From assembly GCA_048013815.1 (NCBI GenBank), contig CM106585.1, positions 15,004,001 through 15,068,000 on the forward strand: a stretch of DNA of 64,000 bases, written 5' to 3'. This document shows positions 11,028 through 23,355 of the stretch, one piece after another. The position numbers and the translations under genes were made by a program. How positions within the stretch are numbered: position 1 is the stretch's first letter; each line of letters begins with the position of its first letter. The stretch comes from Setoptus koraiensis (Eukaryota; Animalia; Arthropoda). Under the pieces are notes generated by a model. The model worked only from the letters and a program-made list of their open reading frames with translations, did no database searches and was not told the DNA's origin.

Positions 11028-13612
11028 TTACCTGTAGACTGGTTGGCCGTACTCAAGTTCGGGCGCTAGGAACTCGTTGATGAAGGCTTCGTCTTTCTTC
11101 GAATAGGACATATAAGCATCAAATAGTTTGTCTTCTTCGGCGCGCCTCAGGGCATTCTGATGATGACTGCCCAATGTGTGATGATGATTTCCGCCCGCCA
11201 TAATGCCACCTTTGCCACTTTTTTGGTTGCCCAAATTGAAGCCGGCGCCGCTTGATGAGCCGCCCGATGAATCGGAATGCGACGAACGCGAACTTGTGCA
11301 TAATCTAATGCCATATTTTGTGTAAAACCATATACTCATATCGCGCCTATAGTACACTAATGACACCATTATTAAAATTATCAGCACAATTGTTGAACCA
11401 GCGCCAATTATTAGCATCATGGTGCCTAATGAATTGGACAAACCGTTTGCCTCAATAGGCTGATGGGTAATCATTGGATAGGGCTGATAGGTATGCTGGT
11501 AGGGATTGTTGGGGTCATCGTTGGGCAACTGTTGGGCATTATTATCACTTGAGGTGGCTGTAGGAACTGAACTAGGATCTTGTGGGTTGCTGTTGCTGTT
11601 GATGGGATCTTGCGGCAAATTGTAGGTAGGCACTAAATGAGGATATTGACGTTGTTGCTGTTGATTGAATGGCGTTGACTGTAGAAAGGGATTCTGTTGT
11701 TGCGGTAACATAATTGAGGACGACGACGACGACGATTGTTGAGTCGATGATGGCTGGGTGACAATTAGTTGCTGCTGATCATGATAGTTTGTGGCTGACA
11801 ATGGCTTTGATGGGTGATGTGCGATGATCTGGTGATTTGGCACTTTGAGTTGTTGCTGTTTGACCACTACCGTATGATTTAGGCACAATTGCATATGGAA
11901 CATGGGAAAAACGGGAAAAACTGTATCAAGTTGGCGATTAGTGGCTGTCGATTGCATCAACTGCAATCTGGCTGTCTCGTTGTGCTGACAGGTGATCTGT
12001 TGTGCGTCCTCTATTATGTTTGAGTGGCCAGGTAGCCAGGCAAACATTTGCTCTACGGCTTCACATTGGCACGACCAAGGATTTTGGCCCAATCGAAGCG
12101 ATCTAAGTCGATTATTTGTGTTCAATTGCCAGAATTGAAAATGATACAAATCGTTGCCTTGCAAATGGAGAACTTGCAATTGTTTCAATGCGACAAATGT
12201 TGAATTGTGTATAGATGTAAGCTGATTGTGGGACAGATACAATTCTTGCAATTCAATCATTTGCTCAAACTCGTGGCCGGACAACTTGGTGAGCTGATTA
12301 TTGCTCAATTGTAACACTTTCAATGCCTTCAAGCCGACAAACGTTCTGTTGTCAATAGAATGTATGTGAGATGCATTCAGATACAATATCTTGAGATTCT
12401 TTCTGCCTATGAAAGAATTGCTGCGCAATTGTGTCAATTGTTGACCATCTAAATACAATTCTGTCACATCCATGGGTATTTTGCCCGGTATATCGCTATA
12501 CAAAGCGAGAGAGGATGATGAGGGCGGCTTTTGGCGATTTTGGTGCTTGTTTGAGCTGCTACAATCAACAATGTTTGTGTGTTTCCATGTTTGATCATAA
12601 TAGCAGCTACAATTATCCGGGCAGGTCATTTCGCAATCGCAAGCGTCAAATTCACAACAATGACACTGAGCGAAACAATGTGATTTATATGAACACAGAT
12701 GCATATTTGAGATGGGCTGCTGTTGCTGTTGCTGTTGCTGCTGCTGTTGCACTAATGGGGACCATTGATTGTAATTGGACGGAGATCGACGGGCAAATGG
12801 TAGCTTGCATGTCACCTGTGACGAATCAGATATATAGGGGTACATTCTGTTGGCCAATAGCAGTAAATCGCCAATGTTCACTGAGGAACTGTTGCTGGCG
12901 GCGCTCAACGAGCCCGGATATCGATTGGCGGCCTGTTGGTTTGCGGACAATTGCTGAGGTTGCTGAACAATTGCCGAGAAGGCATGTGAGGCCTGAAGCA
13001 ATCTGCTCAGCCACTCCATAGTGCAATCGCACACGAGAGGATTGTGGGCCAATTTAATGTCGACAGTGTTGGATCTGAGCCATGTTGCTGGCATGGATGC
13101 TGCTGATGACGGGCTGGCCCCTGTTGAGGTCAAGTTGGTTGCTAGCGATGGAGCGGCAAGCGACAATTCGAATGCTCTCATTGATATGGTTGAGATTAGA
13201 TTGTAGGTTAGATTGACTTTTGTCAGATTTGCCTTTGTTGCGAACGCACTGGGCGCTATCTGACGTATCTTGTTATTACTTAAATTAACTATTTCTAGAC
13301 TATCTGGCAGTGAACTTCTATCTAACTCTTTGATGCTATTGTGTGATGCCTCTAAAGTTTTTAGTCTTATAGAAGTGACACCCGATGTGTCGAGCGTTGT
13401 GGTGGCTGAATAGTAGTAATTGCCCAACTTGTCTATCTGATTATGGCTCAAGTCTAACCATTGCAGGCCAGGGGGAATTTGAACGAAATCGAATGTCTCA
13501 ATTTGATTTGAGGAAATGTTGAGCATGAGTAGATCATGCAAACTTTCAAACATTTGTCCGATTTCAGTTATGCGATTAGAATCCAATCTGAGCGCGTGCA
13601 ACTCAAGCACAT
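11028..13612 (-). CDS. Toll-like receptor coding exon 2: LRRs, CF/NF cysteine clusters, second LRR block, Q/P/N-rich stalk, TM helix, first ~30 aa of TIR
   Basis: FDFVQIPPGLQWLDLSHNQIDKLGNYY, NPLVCDCTMEWL, HCFAQCHCCEFDACDCEMTCPDNCSCYYDQTW...IVDCS (hallmark of long Tolls), NPWSCQC, TM MMLIIGAGSTIVLIILIMVSLVYY, TIR box 1 FDAYMSYSKKDEAF. Ends at a probable phase-2 donor (exon end 11032) or at TAA 11030-11028. Confidence 0.93.
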
Positions 13613-13736
13613 CTGAGTCATCATAAGAATAATTGGTTGCAGATTGATAGAATTAAATTAATTAGTATTTGATATATAAATGATAAACAGTAAATGAACA
13701 ATTTGAACAATTTTTTTAAAGCGAATGCAATCTTAC
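13613..13736 (-). other. 124-nt phase-1 GT-AG intron of the Toll gene
   Basis: GTAAGA donor, AT-rich body with TACTAAT, acceptor ...GACTCAG. Splicing gives ...STFE-D-VLELHALRLDSN and joins the two ORF frames exactly. Confidence 0.9.
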
Positions 13737-15330
13737 CTTCAAATGTTGACTGATCTATCATCTTGATGCGGTTGTTTGCTAGATTGAGCACTTTGAGTGA
13801 TGGCAAACTGCTAAATGAGCCCCTGGTAACATTCTCTATTCTATTAGACTCTAGAACTAATGAATATAATTGCTGACAAGAGCCCAAATATGAGGCATTA
13901 CTAATATCTTGTAGTGTGTTGAAAGACAAATCTAGCGATATTAATGACACTAGATGGCCAATAGTGCTGGGTATTTGGCTTAATTCATTGCGTTGCAAGG
14001 ATAACGTCTCCAATTGTACTAACGATTGGAATGTTGTTGGATCTATTCGTGAGATTCTATTATAACTAAGATCTAAATATTTCAATTGATGTAAATCACT
14101 AAAAATATCAGAATTTAGCCAATGGCTTGTGATCTCATTTCTGCTTAAATCTAAATGTTGCAACGATGTCAATTGATGGAAAAGGCCCGGGGTTAGCACT
14201 GATATGGAGTTATTTTGCAATAGTAGACGCTCAATGGTTGCTTGAACTGGCGCAAAGAATTTGTTGTGCAATGCCACTAGTTTATTTGAGGACAAATCAA
14301 GCGATTTTAAATGCTTTAGATTGGCTAGTGTTGACTCTTCGCATCGATGCAATTGATTGCGGGATATTTTCAGTTCTTTCAATGAGGTCAAATGGGCAAA
14401 TGAATTATATTCTAGAACTTGCAGTTTGTTTTGTGAAAGATCCAATTCCTCAATAGTGGTCCAAGGTTGCTGCTGGCTTGCATCATCTTGGTCTTGGTTG
14501 CCGTTGGCAGTGTTGAGCATTTGTTGCCACGTGGAGCAAATATCACTCGGTTTGAACACAATCTGACTTAAGTTAGTGATGGCCTGTTGAATGAGAATCT
14601 GTCTATGACATTGGCCCCTTTGTTGTTGCTGCCTAACGCTTCGTTGTTGTATGGTGACTACCTGTTGTTGGGCGCTGTTGTTATTATTGTTGTTGTTGTT
14701 GATGTTGGCGCTCTGATTGGCAGCGGCGGCGGCGGCGGAATTTGTTTGCGAATCAGGAGCGGTCATCACAGATATGGTAGACTGGTGTAGGTGGTGATGG
14801 TGTTGTTGACTGGTGGTGGTTGGTAGTGCGGCGCTGGCCATCGAGTCCATGCCCATGAGGGAACTGGCCAGAGTGAGGGGCAGTGCAAGTAGAAGGATAA
14901 TGGCCACACTGGTGAGCAGCGTGAGCCAGTTTCTCTTGTTTATAGTGGGAAAATTTACAGGTGACCTCATGGTAATCACATTTGTGGTTGTTGCACCAAC
15001 TAAAGGTGGCGCTGGTGGTGTGAATAGTCGCTGGATCTGGATGATCTCTGGCTCGTTCGGCAGTAGTCTGCTGCTCATGGTATCTGGCCAATTGCAACAG
15101 GGGGCCAATCTCACGTGCTGGTCGCCATCGTCGGCTGGCTTGATGTGGCACTTTGGGTCGTTGTGGTTGCAGTTGTGGTTGCTGCTGTGGTTGTTGTGGC
15201 TGCTGTGGTTGCTGATGTTGCTGTGGTTGCTGTTGTTGCTGGCTGTGGTGGCGCGCTGGGCGAGCTGGTGTCGCCTGCGACAGTAGCTCGTGGTGGACAC
15301 TTTCATCGTTTCTTTCAAGTCTGCTGTCAT
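13737..15330 (-). CDS. Toll-like receptor, long-Toll (18w/Toll-6/Toll-7/Tollo-like) type, coding exon 1: N-terminal extension, signal peptide from Met121 (ATG at 14970), first LRR block
   Basis: ORF 13621..15330 contains a signal-like segment (NWLTLLTSVAIILLLALPLTLASS) and consecutive LxxLxLxxN LRRs (IEELDLSQN, LKSLDLSSN, LQHLDLSRN, LKYLDLSYN, LKVLNLANN). The LRR pattern breaks at GAAG|GTAAGA (donor at 13736). Confidence 0.93.
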
Positions 15331-15891
15331 GCTGTGTGGATGACGACAATAAATAACTATTTTAGACTAACTAACATGTATAATTGATATAATTAATGTA
15401 GCACTTGCTTGGCGCACATGACACATGTAAAATCAGGTGTGAAATCGATGAAAAATTGTGAATTTGTGCTCGATGAACTATGATCGATTCATGAAATGTG
15501 GCTTGCTGACGGGGTTGCGTTGGCTCGTTGAGTCGATGTCGATGTCATTTCTCGTGGTGGTTGATCGGGCGTCGATGTTCGCTTGCTGTTTCTCGTTTGA
15601 TCTGCTTGTTGGTTACGTTGGCTTCGATTTATTTCATTAACTTCGTTGACTTGGTATCGCGATCGCTTGTTATCGTCGACTCGTTTTCGATGATTTCCTA
15701 ATTATTTATCTGTCTCACAATGGACACAATAACTAACGGTGTGATCAGTGATTGTTCTTGAGTGTGCGAGATTGCGTCGAACTGCACAAAAATTCGCTGA
15801 AATTCGCTAAAATTCGCCGTGATTCGTTTAAATTCGACAACAACAATTCGATTGTGTGTGTGTGTGTGTCGGCGTGCGTGCGCTCCCTTGG

Positions 15892-15897
15892 AACTGA
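15892..15897 (-). promoter_or_regulatory. Candidate initiator (TCAGTT) for the Toll transcript
   Basis: Matches the arthropod Inr TCAKTY about 560 nt upstream of the first ATG; motif match only. Confidence 0.2.
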
Positions 15898-18800
15898 ATT
15901 TGCGAATGACCATTAAATTGAGCGCACAGCACAACTTGGCGGCCACTTGAGTCACCTTTGAGCCGCTTTTGAGCTGGCAGGGGGCAGGCAGGAGTGCGCG
16001 CGTGCGCACTCGTCCGCCCGCTGCACCACAGAGGCGGCTCGTTCTATTTTGCGCGCCCCCCTCTCATGGGAGTGGGCCGACGAGAGTGCGATCATGGGAC
16101 AGCGCGCTGGTCGAAGCGCACAAACAGCACAGGCCGACTCAGCGCCGGCGCTGAGTCGCAGCGGCCGACTCAACGTCGAACGCATGTGTGTTGTGAGTCA
16201 CAGAGTCGGATAATTCGATTCGAATGTCGAATGGCATGCGCGCACACTGGCCCTATAAGGGTGGCGCCGCCTGGTGAGACGCGCAGGCACAATATAAGCA
16301 GGGCACAATATCTATATCGAGGGGCACTGTACCTCGAGGTATGCTAATAGCATAATAGTATGCAGTGCGCGCCGGATAAGTGTATCGGGGGATGTTTGTT
16401 TGCACTGTCGCCCCGGCGATATAAATAATAATAACATGCAATATATTAGAGATCAGCGAGAGATATCAACGGATTTGCGCGGAGTTGTTGTCGCGCACAA
16501 ACACCCTGGTAAATAATCGCACCAGTCATTGAGGGCGCGCAACACGGGGCCGCAAACGATCTGCCGAGTGAGCAGTGAGCCCGACGAGAGACTGCCACAA
16601 ATGGCCGCCGATATAACGTGAGCATTAAATAAGTGTGTGTGTCAATAAACCGGTGATATACCGATTTGGCGCGCCACCATTACTGGTGGTGGCCCAGTGG
16701 GTGTGTTACTTACTTACTTGTTAGTTGGCGGCCAGTGGCTTTGGAGGCGCCCCATAGCTGGTCGTTAGTCGCGAGTTGGTGGCGCATAAATAAGAAGGTG
16801 AGAAAAAACTAATGCTCTCGCACCGTTCGACGGCTCACCGGCCACTGCCGCGAACCTCCGCTGCCCGCTGCCGCGATCCTCCGCTGCCCGTTGCCTTGAT
16901 CATCCGCTACCCGCTGCCTTGATTATCCGCTACCCGCTGCCGCGACTACTCGGGGCACCGCTCACGGCATCGCTCGCCATGAGCATGGCACTACCCGAGC
17001 GGGGCTGCCCGGCCACTCGGGCGCGGCGAGCAGCGACCAGCAGCGACCAGAAGCGGCGAGAGGGCGACCAGCAGCGACTGACCTTGTTTGTCGCTGCCAC
17101 AAACACGACGAGCCGGCCGCGTTCTTCCGCGCGGCGCTTTGTGCGGCGGCCCGTCGCGCCGGGCCGTGTTTGTTTAGATGCCAGTTCGCAGCGGACAGGC
17201 AGTTCGAGTCGAAGGCTCCGACAGGCCGGACTCTCGCGGGGAACCACCCACCAGTAGAACGCCAATAGCGCACCGGACCATCGGCGGTGGTGCCGTGTTT
17301 GCGTGGCGCGCCATTGATTGCACGAGGGTCTCTCTCGAACGCTCTCTCGGTCGCTCTCGAATCTCAATTGTCGTCGCGATGGAATTCAATACTGTGCGCC
17401 GTATGTCGCCGTTGTGCCGTTGCGCCGGGCAACTGGTGGTTGTTGGTCATTGTCATTGTGCGCCGCCAACAGCGCGCAGGCAATCATATGCAAATTAATT
17501 GTGCCGTCGCTGTTGGGCCGAGCCAACAGGCAACAAGCCAACTGGCGACTGTTCCATTTGACCAATTTGACACACGGGCCCATTGGACTGTCAGCGGCGC
17601 ATAGTTGGCCCTTGTTTGTCATTGTTGTCGCTATTCATTATTGCAGTTTCACCATTTGAGTTGGCTTCGGCTTGGACGCAGTTGGCAGCGTCGCCGGTCG
17701 CTTGTGCGACCGGTCGTCGCCGATTGTTGTTGTTGGCCCGCTTTACATCTATATATACCTTGTTTTTTATTTGTTGCTCGCGCCGGCTTGCAGCGACAAA
17801 CTGCGTTTACGACAATCGTCGTCACGACCGACAGGCCGCGAGCACGCCAATTCGCCAACTCGCCGAATCGCAAGTTCGCCAATTCGCAAGTTCGCAAATT
17901 CGAAGCCGGGCAGCGAACGCGGCAGCGGGCAGGACCCGCGAATTAATGGGCAACATGCGTGTCAGGCAGCGACAAAAAAGCGTCCGCACGCGGTCGCAAC
18001 CGTCCCGACGAGGGCGAAAAGAATGGCACTGCAAAAATTGAGAGATGCCAAATTAGATAAGAGACGCCCGGTCGCGAATGCAAGCACACAGATGATTTAA
18101 TGGCGATCCAATGGGCCACCGTTTGGCCCCGATTGCTTGCGCAGCGCAACTTGTGACAATCACGAGCCAGCGACTGGCGCTAACGAGCGCCGAGGTGGCC
18201 GCAACTCAGCCCGAGTTGCTCAGGTGATCGATGATGCCGGCGGTCACGCTCTGCTTTGCGAGTCGCTAGTTGCGAGCTGACGGTAGCGAGGGCCACCGTT
18301 TAGGCGTTGCCGTCAACGAGCGTGCCATATGATTGCCATATGATTGCCGTACAATCGCTCGGCCGCGATGTGTGGGCCAGCGGCAAACAATTTGGCACGA
18401 CCAGCAATTTTGCTCGCTCACCTGACAAGCGTAACCGGCCACCGTTGTCGCCCGGGCCGGCCAGTGTTGTCGCTCGGGCCGGCCGGCCGGCCGGCCGCCG
18501 TTTTTTGCGCGTCACACCGCTCACCGGTGACTGTCGCTGTCACAATTCGTTCGCCCGCGAGCCCCTTGAGCGCGCCGCCGGAAGGTCGGCTCGCCGGCGC
18601 TCCGAACCCGAGCGAGAATCGCGGAATTAAAATTCAATTCACACATTCATAATTTGTTTGTTGTGTTCATTTTTTATTTTGTGCGTTCACGCACGAACCG
18701 TGCGCCCACTGCGCCCACTGCGCCCACTGCTCCAGTCGCTGTGGGCCAGCGCGACGGCCGGGCCAACGGCGACGGCCGCGCTGGCACCGGCAGCGAGCCG

Positions 18801-21800
18801 CGGATAATTGGCCACATAATGGGCGCTCTGGGCTAATTCTCATTCAAGTGCAAGCGGCCGCTCAAATTCGGGCGCAATTGTCGCGCACAGGTGAGCGTCG
18901 CAGTGGTTCGCGTTGTTGCTGCTGTTCGCGTTGTTGCTGCTGTTCGTGTGAGAGCCGCCGGCCAATTCGGCCGACCTCGGCGTCGCCATGTTGCCTAATT
19001 TGCCTAATGTGGCCAAAGCGACCAATTGTGCACACTGGCAAGTGTGTGAACCTGTCTTGGACACAGTTGAGAACGCTGCAAACAGTCGCAGTGTTCGCTG
19101 CTCACACAATATTGCCGGTGCCGATGGGCTGCCATCGGGCCAACAATGACAGTGACGACAATAATGAACAGTTTATAAACAGTGGCTGTCATCGCTCTGT
19201 TGCGTCAACGAGCCGGCCAACAATGCCCAGATGCGACCATATGATAAGCGACAGATAAGCGCTCAGGTGAGCTCGTTATGCAACCTCGTTATGCGACCAC
19301 GACACTGCAAAGGTTGCACTGGGCAACTTGTGAGCCGGCAAACAATGGCCATTGTCACCCATGGCCAGCTTGTGGCGCAACCAATTATCGCCACCTGAGT
19401 CATGTGCGTGTGTGTGTGTGTGTGTGTATCGGCGCACGGTTGCATGGGCATGAGAACGGCTCAACGAGTCAACAAGTGGCCGTCAGCAGCCAGTTGAAAG
19501 TGACTTGGTCTCCACAGCGCGCTGCGACCATTGCGACGCTTCGAGCTCGCAACTTGCAACTTCGATTTCGAACTTCGAATTCCGAACAGCCCAACGCCTC
19601 GAACAGCCCAACGCCTTGAACGGCGACACTGGCGCCGTCGCCAGCGAGCATGGGAATCGAGCTCAATTGGCATTTGTGTTGCGCGTTCGTCGCCGACGGG
19701 CGCGCATCCTGCAAAATGTGTAACGCGGTGCCTTCTTTTCCGCGGCCGCTCCGCGCTCCATTGTTGCTCGCATCTTGTGTCGCTGTCCACCTCGGGCCGC
19801 GTACGAGAATTCTCGCCGAAAACCGGCCGAAAACCGGCCAGCATCGGCCCATTGCGGGCCGGCAAGTGGCCAGCGATCGGACTCTCGGCAGCGCTCCGGC
19901 GCGAGATCGGCGCTCCGGCGAGGGGCGGTCTCCCTCCGGTGGAGCGCTGATTGGCACCAATTATTCAGAGTGTCAAACGTGTTCCCATATCCGTCTGGCC
20001 GCGCCTGGCATCTTGTGCCCATTCGGGCGCTGCAACATCCACTGCCAGCGCCGAGAATATCCAGTCGCGGACACGGCCCGAGGTGCGCCGATTGTCGCGC
20101 TCGCTTGTCGCGCTGCCATCGGCGCGTCTCGGCGCGAGCGCCCAACCGCCGACCGAACCGGTCTGCCAGTTCGGCCGACGGACCGGCCGACGGACCGACC
20201 AATGGACTGGCCGATTGACGGGCCAATGGACTGGCCGATGGACGGCGCGGAGACAACTTCATTTCGGTCGCTCAGGCGACCAGGTGAGCGTCAAGTTGGC
20301 CGATTCTCGTGCCGGTGCGGCTCGTCGCGTCGATGCCGGCCCGATAAACGGCAGCTGGCGCTCTCACGCGCCACAGTAACGCCTCGTCGGGCCCAAAACA
20401 AAATGACATTGTTCCGTCGGCCGGCCGGCCCATCCGTATCCATCCGTGGCCATGCACGGCCATTTACGGCCATTTATGCGAGACATCTATATCAGGCAGT
20501 GCCAATTAAGCACAGTGGCGCTTGATTAAGACCTAGCGACGCCCCCCTGTCAATTAGCTAGCTGGCTGGTGTGTCAATTGACAATGACCACTGACCATTG
20601 CGAGCCGTCGCTGAGGGCCGGTTGTTTGGCCAACCGGCGACACTGGGTCAGCGCGAGCAAAATATAAATTAAACGCCAGTTGTGCCTGCACGACGTGCGT
20701 GTGTGACGGGCCGGCCGACCGACTGACTTAACGGACACACTCATCTCGGCACCGGCCATTGGTCGGGCCGGCAACTCAAACTGACACCACGACACACTGA
20801 CGCGTACACAAACCATCAAATCAATTCAGACAAAGAGTGGCCGGAGTGGGCAAACAAGAGCTGGTGCTGTTTATCGCAACAGCGACAACGAAAACAATAT
20901 TTTGCTCATTAGCGAAATACTGTGCTCGGCCGGCCCGCGCCGGCCAAGCACAATATTTCGGCCGGTGCCGGTGCCAACGCGCACCGGCCGAAAGGGTAAA
21001 CCGGGCCTAGAAGAGGCCCAGCGGACACCGTGAATCGATCGTGATTTGGCCGCGATTGATTTTGGGCACCATGCACGAGGTGCACGATATGTGTGAGACG
21101 CATGCCGATAAATTGCCCGAATCCTACAATAACAATAAATCTGTTCTGGTCAGCGAGTGGCAGCCATTCGGCTCACAATATATTGTCAGTGGTCAAGAGT
21201 TGGCACGGTTGTAAAAATGGCAATTATATTCATATTTACCGTAGTGCGCTAGCAGGCCGGTCGGCCTAATTGATGGCGGCCCGAGAATTGGTCAGGTGCT
21301 GCGGCCCGAGACTGACCGCTACGCGCTGTTGCATGCACGAGCAGCGGCCATTGTAATTATAATTTATAAATATGGACACAACGAGTTTCTCTCTCTCTCA
21401 CGTTTGTTTGTGTGCAAACACAATTTGCAACAATTGGCGATTCTCGAGAGCGGCCCAAGCGCCGAGTGGCCGGCAAAGGGCAATAAATAGCAAATAAATA
21501 TTGGCAGCACTCGAATTCTCATAATGCAACTCGCGCTGGACGGGCGCATATTCGACGCTCGCACGTTCGGACCTTCGAACGCCCGCACGTTCGCGCGTTC
21601 GGACGCTCGCGCGTTCGCACAGTCGGACGTTCGGCGGGCCCGCGACGCCGGCACGAAGCGCGCCAGAAACAGATAAATGGAGCCACCTGTGCCTGTTTGT
21701 AATTCCTCGCAGTCTCTTTGTTTGGCTGCGCGACGCGAATCATTATGGTGGCCGTTCGCTTTATCCGGCCTTTTATCGCATGGCCACTTAAGTAGTGCCA

Positions 21801-22958
21801 AGTTCAAGTTCAACAGGTCTCCGCGAGCCACCGACTGCCGCTACCTGTTGTTGTCGTCGCCGCTGTCGTCGTTGTTGTGGCTGTTGTCGTCGCTGCTGTC
21901 GTGGTTGTTGTGGCTGCCGCTGTCGATGTCGTTGTTTTCCTGTCTCGCGCTTAAGCTGGCAAAGTCATCCACGACACAGTCATATTATAAATGATCATTT
22001 CTGATCGCTTATCTTTATATATCTGACAATATATTGTGAGCTGCCGGTTCGGATTGTCAGATGGTCAGATTATCTGAGTCAGATGCACACAGCGCTTATC
22101 TAGCGCAGATAATCAGCTTGTGCATTGACGGTCGATATTCAAAACAGTGCACAAATAAAAATAAATGCAAGCCGGTATAAATGTCACCTGACCACAACTG
22201 GCCAACGACAACAACGCCAACAACCATCAATAATAATCACAATCTAACTCTGCTCTCGAACACACATTCCTACACACACAACTAATCTCATTGTGGCCGC
22301 CTTCTCATTCATTTGGTCGCTGGCCACAGTAGCTGCTGGAATTTTTAATTTATTTTATTTAGTCATACATTATAGTGGCATTATTCTAATCTGCCATTTA
22401 TGCATATTTGCGCCATTTGTGCCATCGATGCCGTCGACGCCATCCACTGCTGCTGTCGTTGTTGACGCCGGCTCCGAGTCACCGACATTGGCTTCGAGTT
22501 ATTGACGCTGGCCTCGAGTTATCGACGGTGGCCGGTTGTGGCCAGTTGCAAACAGTTGCGGGCAGTTGCGGGCAGTCGCGGATTGTCCGCAACTGGGCCG
22601 CAGATTGGGCCAGATTCGCGGCGAGACTCGAGCGACCATCTCGACTCGAGATTCTCGAGCTGCCGACTATCTGGAGGCGGCATCACACGCCGGCGAACAG
22701 ATAACGCAGGCGACATTTCATTCAGCTCACAAACTGATTAACAATTCGTGCCGGTGACACCGCGCACATCGATCATCTATTATCAATATTTCGGTGTCCC
22801 CTTAGATGCTCGATGATGGAAAATATCGCGCATTTCCGCGATATTTCCCTAATCAAGCGTCATATCCGCCATGGCGAAAATCGCAATCAGCTAGCGCAGC
22901 GCCAGTTGCCAGACTCGGCTTCGGTTGCTTCGAAATGCTTGCACATCGGCCCTTCGGC

Positions 22959-23021
22959 GGTCGGCGGTCGCGTTTCGACGGTCGGCAGTCGCGTTTCGAC
23001 GGTCGGCAGTCGCATTTCGAC
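22959..23021. repeat. 21-mer array GGTCGGCAGTCGCGTTTCGAC x3
   Basis: Direct reading. Confidence 0.9.
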
Positions 23022-23254
23022 GCTCGACAGCCGGACCGCGACAATAGCCCGCGAAGTGGCCGCTCGAGCCGCACAACTACTCGCCAGTGCGCACGCCGGA
23101 CACAACAATGGCCGGATTAGGCGGCGTTTAATTAATTTATCGAATGGCTCGTTGTCGCTTAACGCGACACAACCGATCAATTCTTTCGCTCGCGAATCTC
23201 TGCGCTTCGGCTCTCTGTTCCGATAACAGATCTCCACATAACAGTGCTAACGAC

Positions 23255-23355
23255 GGCTCCGACGGCTTCTAAGGCTTCCAAGGCTTCCAAGGCTTCCAAG
23301 GCTTCGATGGCTTCCAAGGCCTCGATGGCCTCTGAGGCTTCGATGGCTCCGATGG
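23255..23355. repeat. 9-mer variant array GGCTTC(CAA/GAT) x~11
   Basis: Direct reading. Confidence 0.9.

Noticed and set aside
12431-13021. 196-aa plus-strand ORF
   Set aside because: Antisense shadow of the Toll coding exon. The same applies to the antisense ORFs over the NRF-6-like gene, YOD1, kuz and FIG4.
18022-18044. AATGGCACTGCAAAAATT resembling miR-263a
   Set aside because: No complementary arm able to form a pre-miRNA hairpin.
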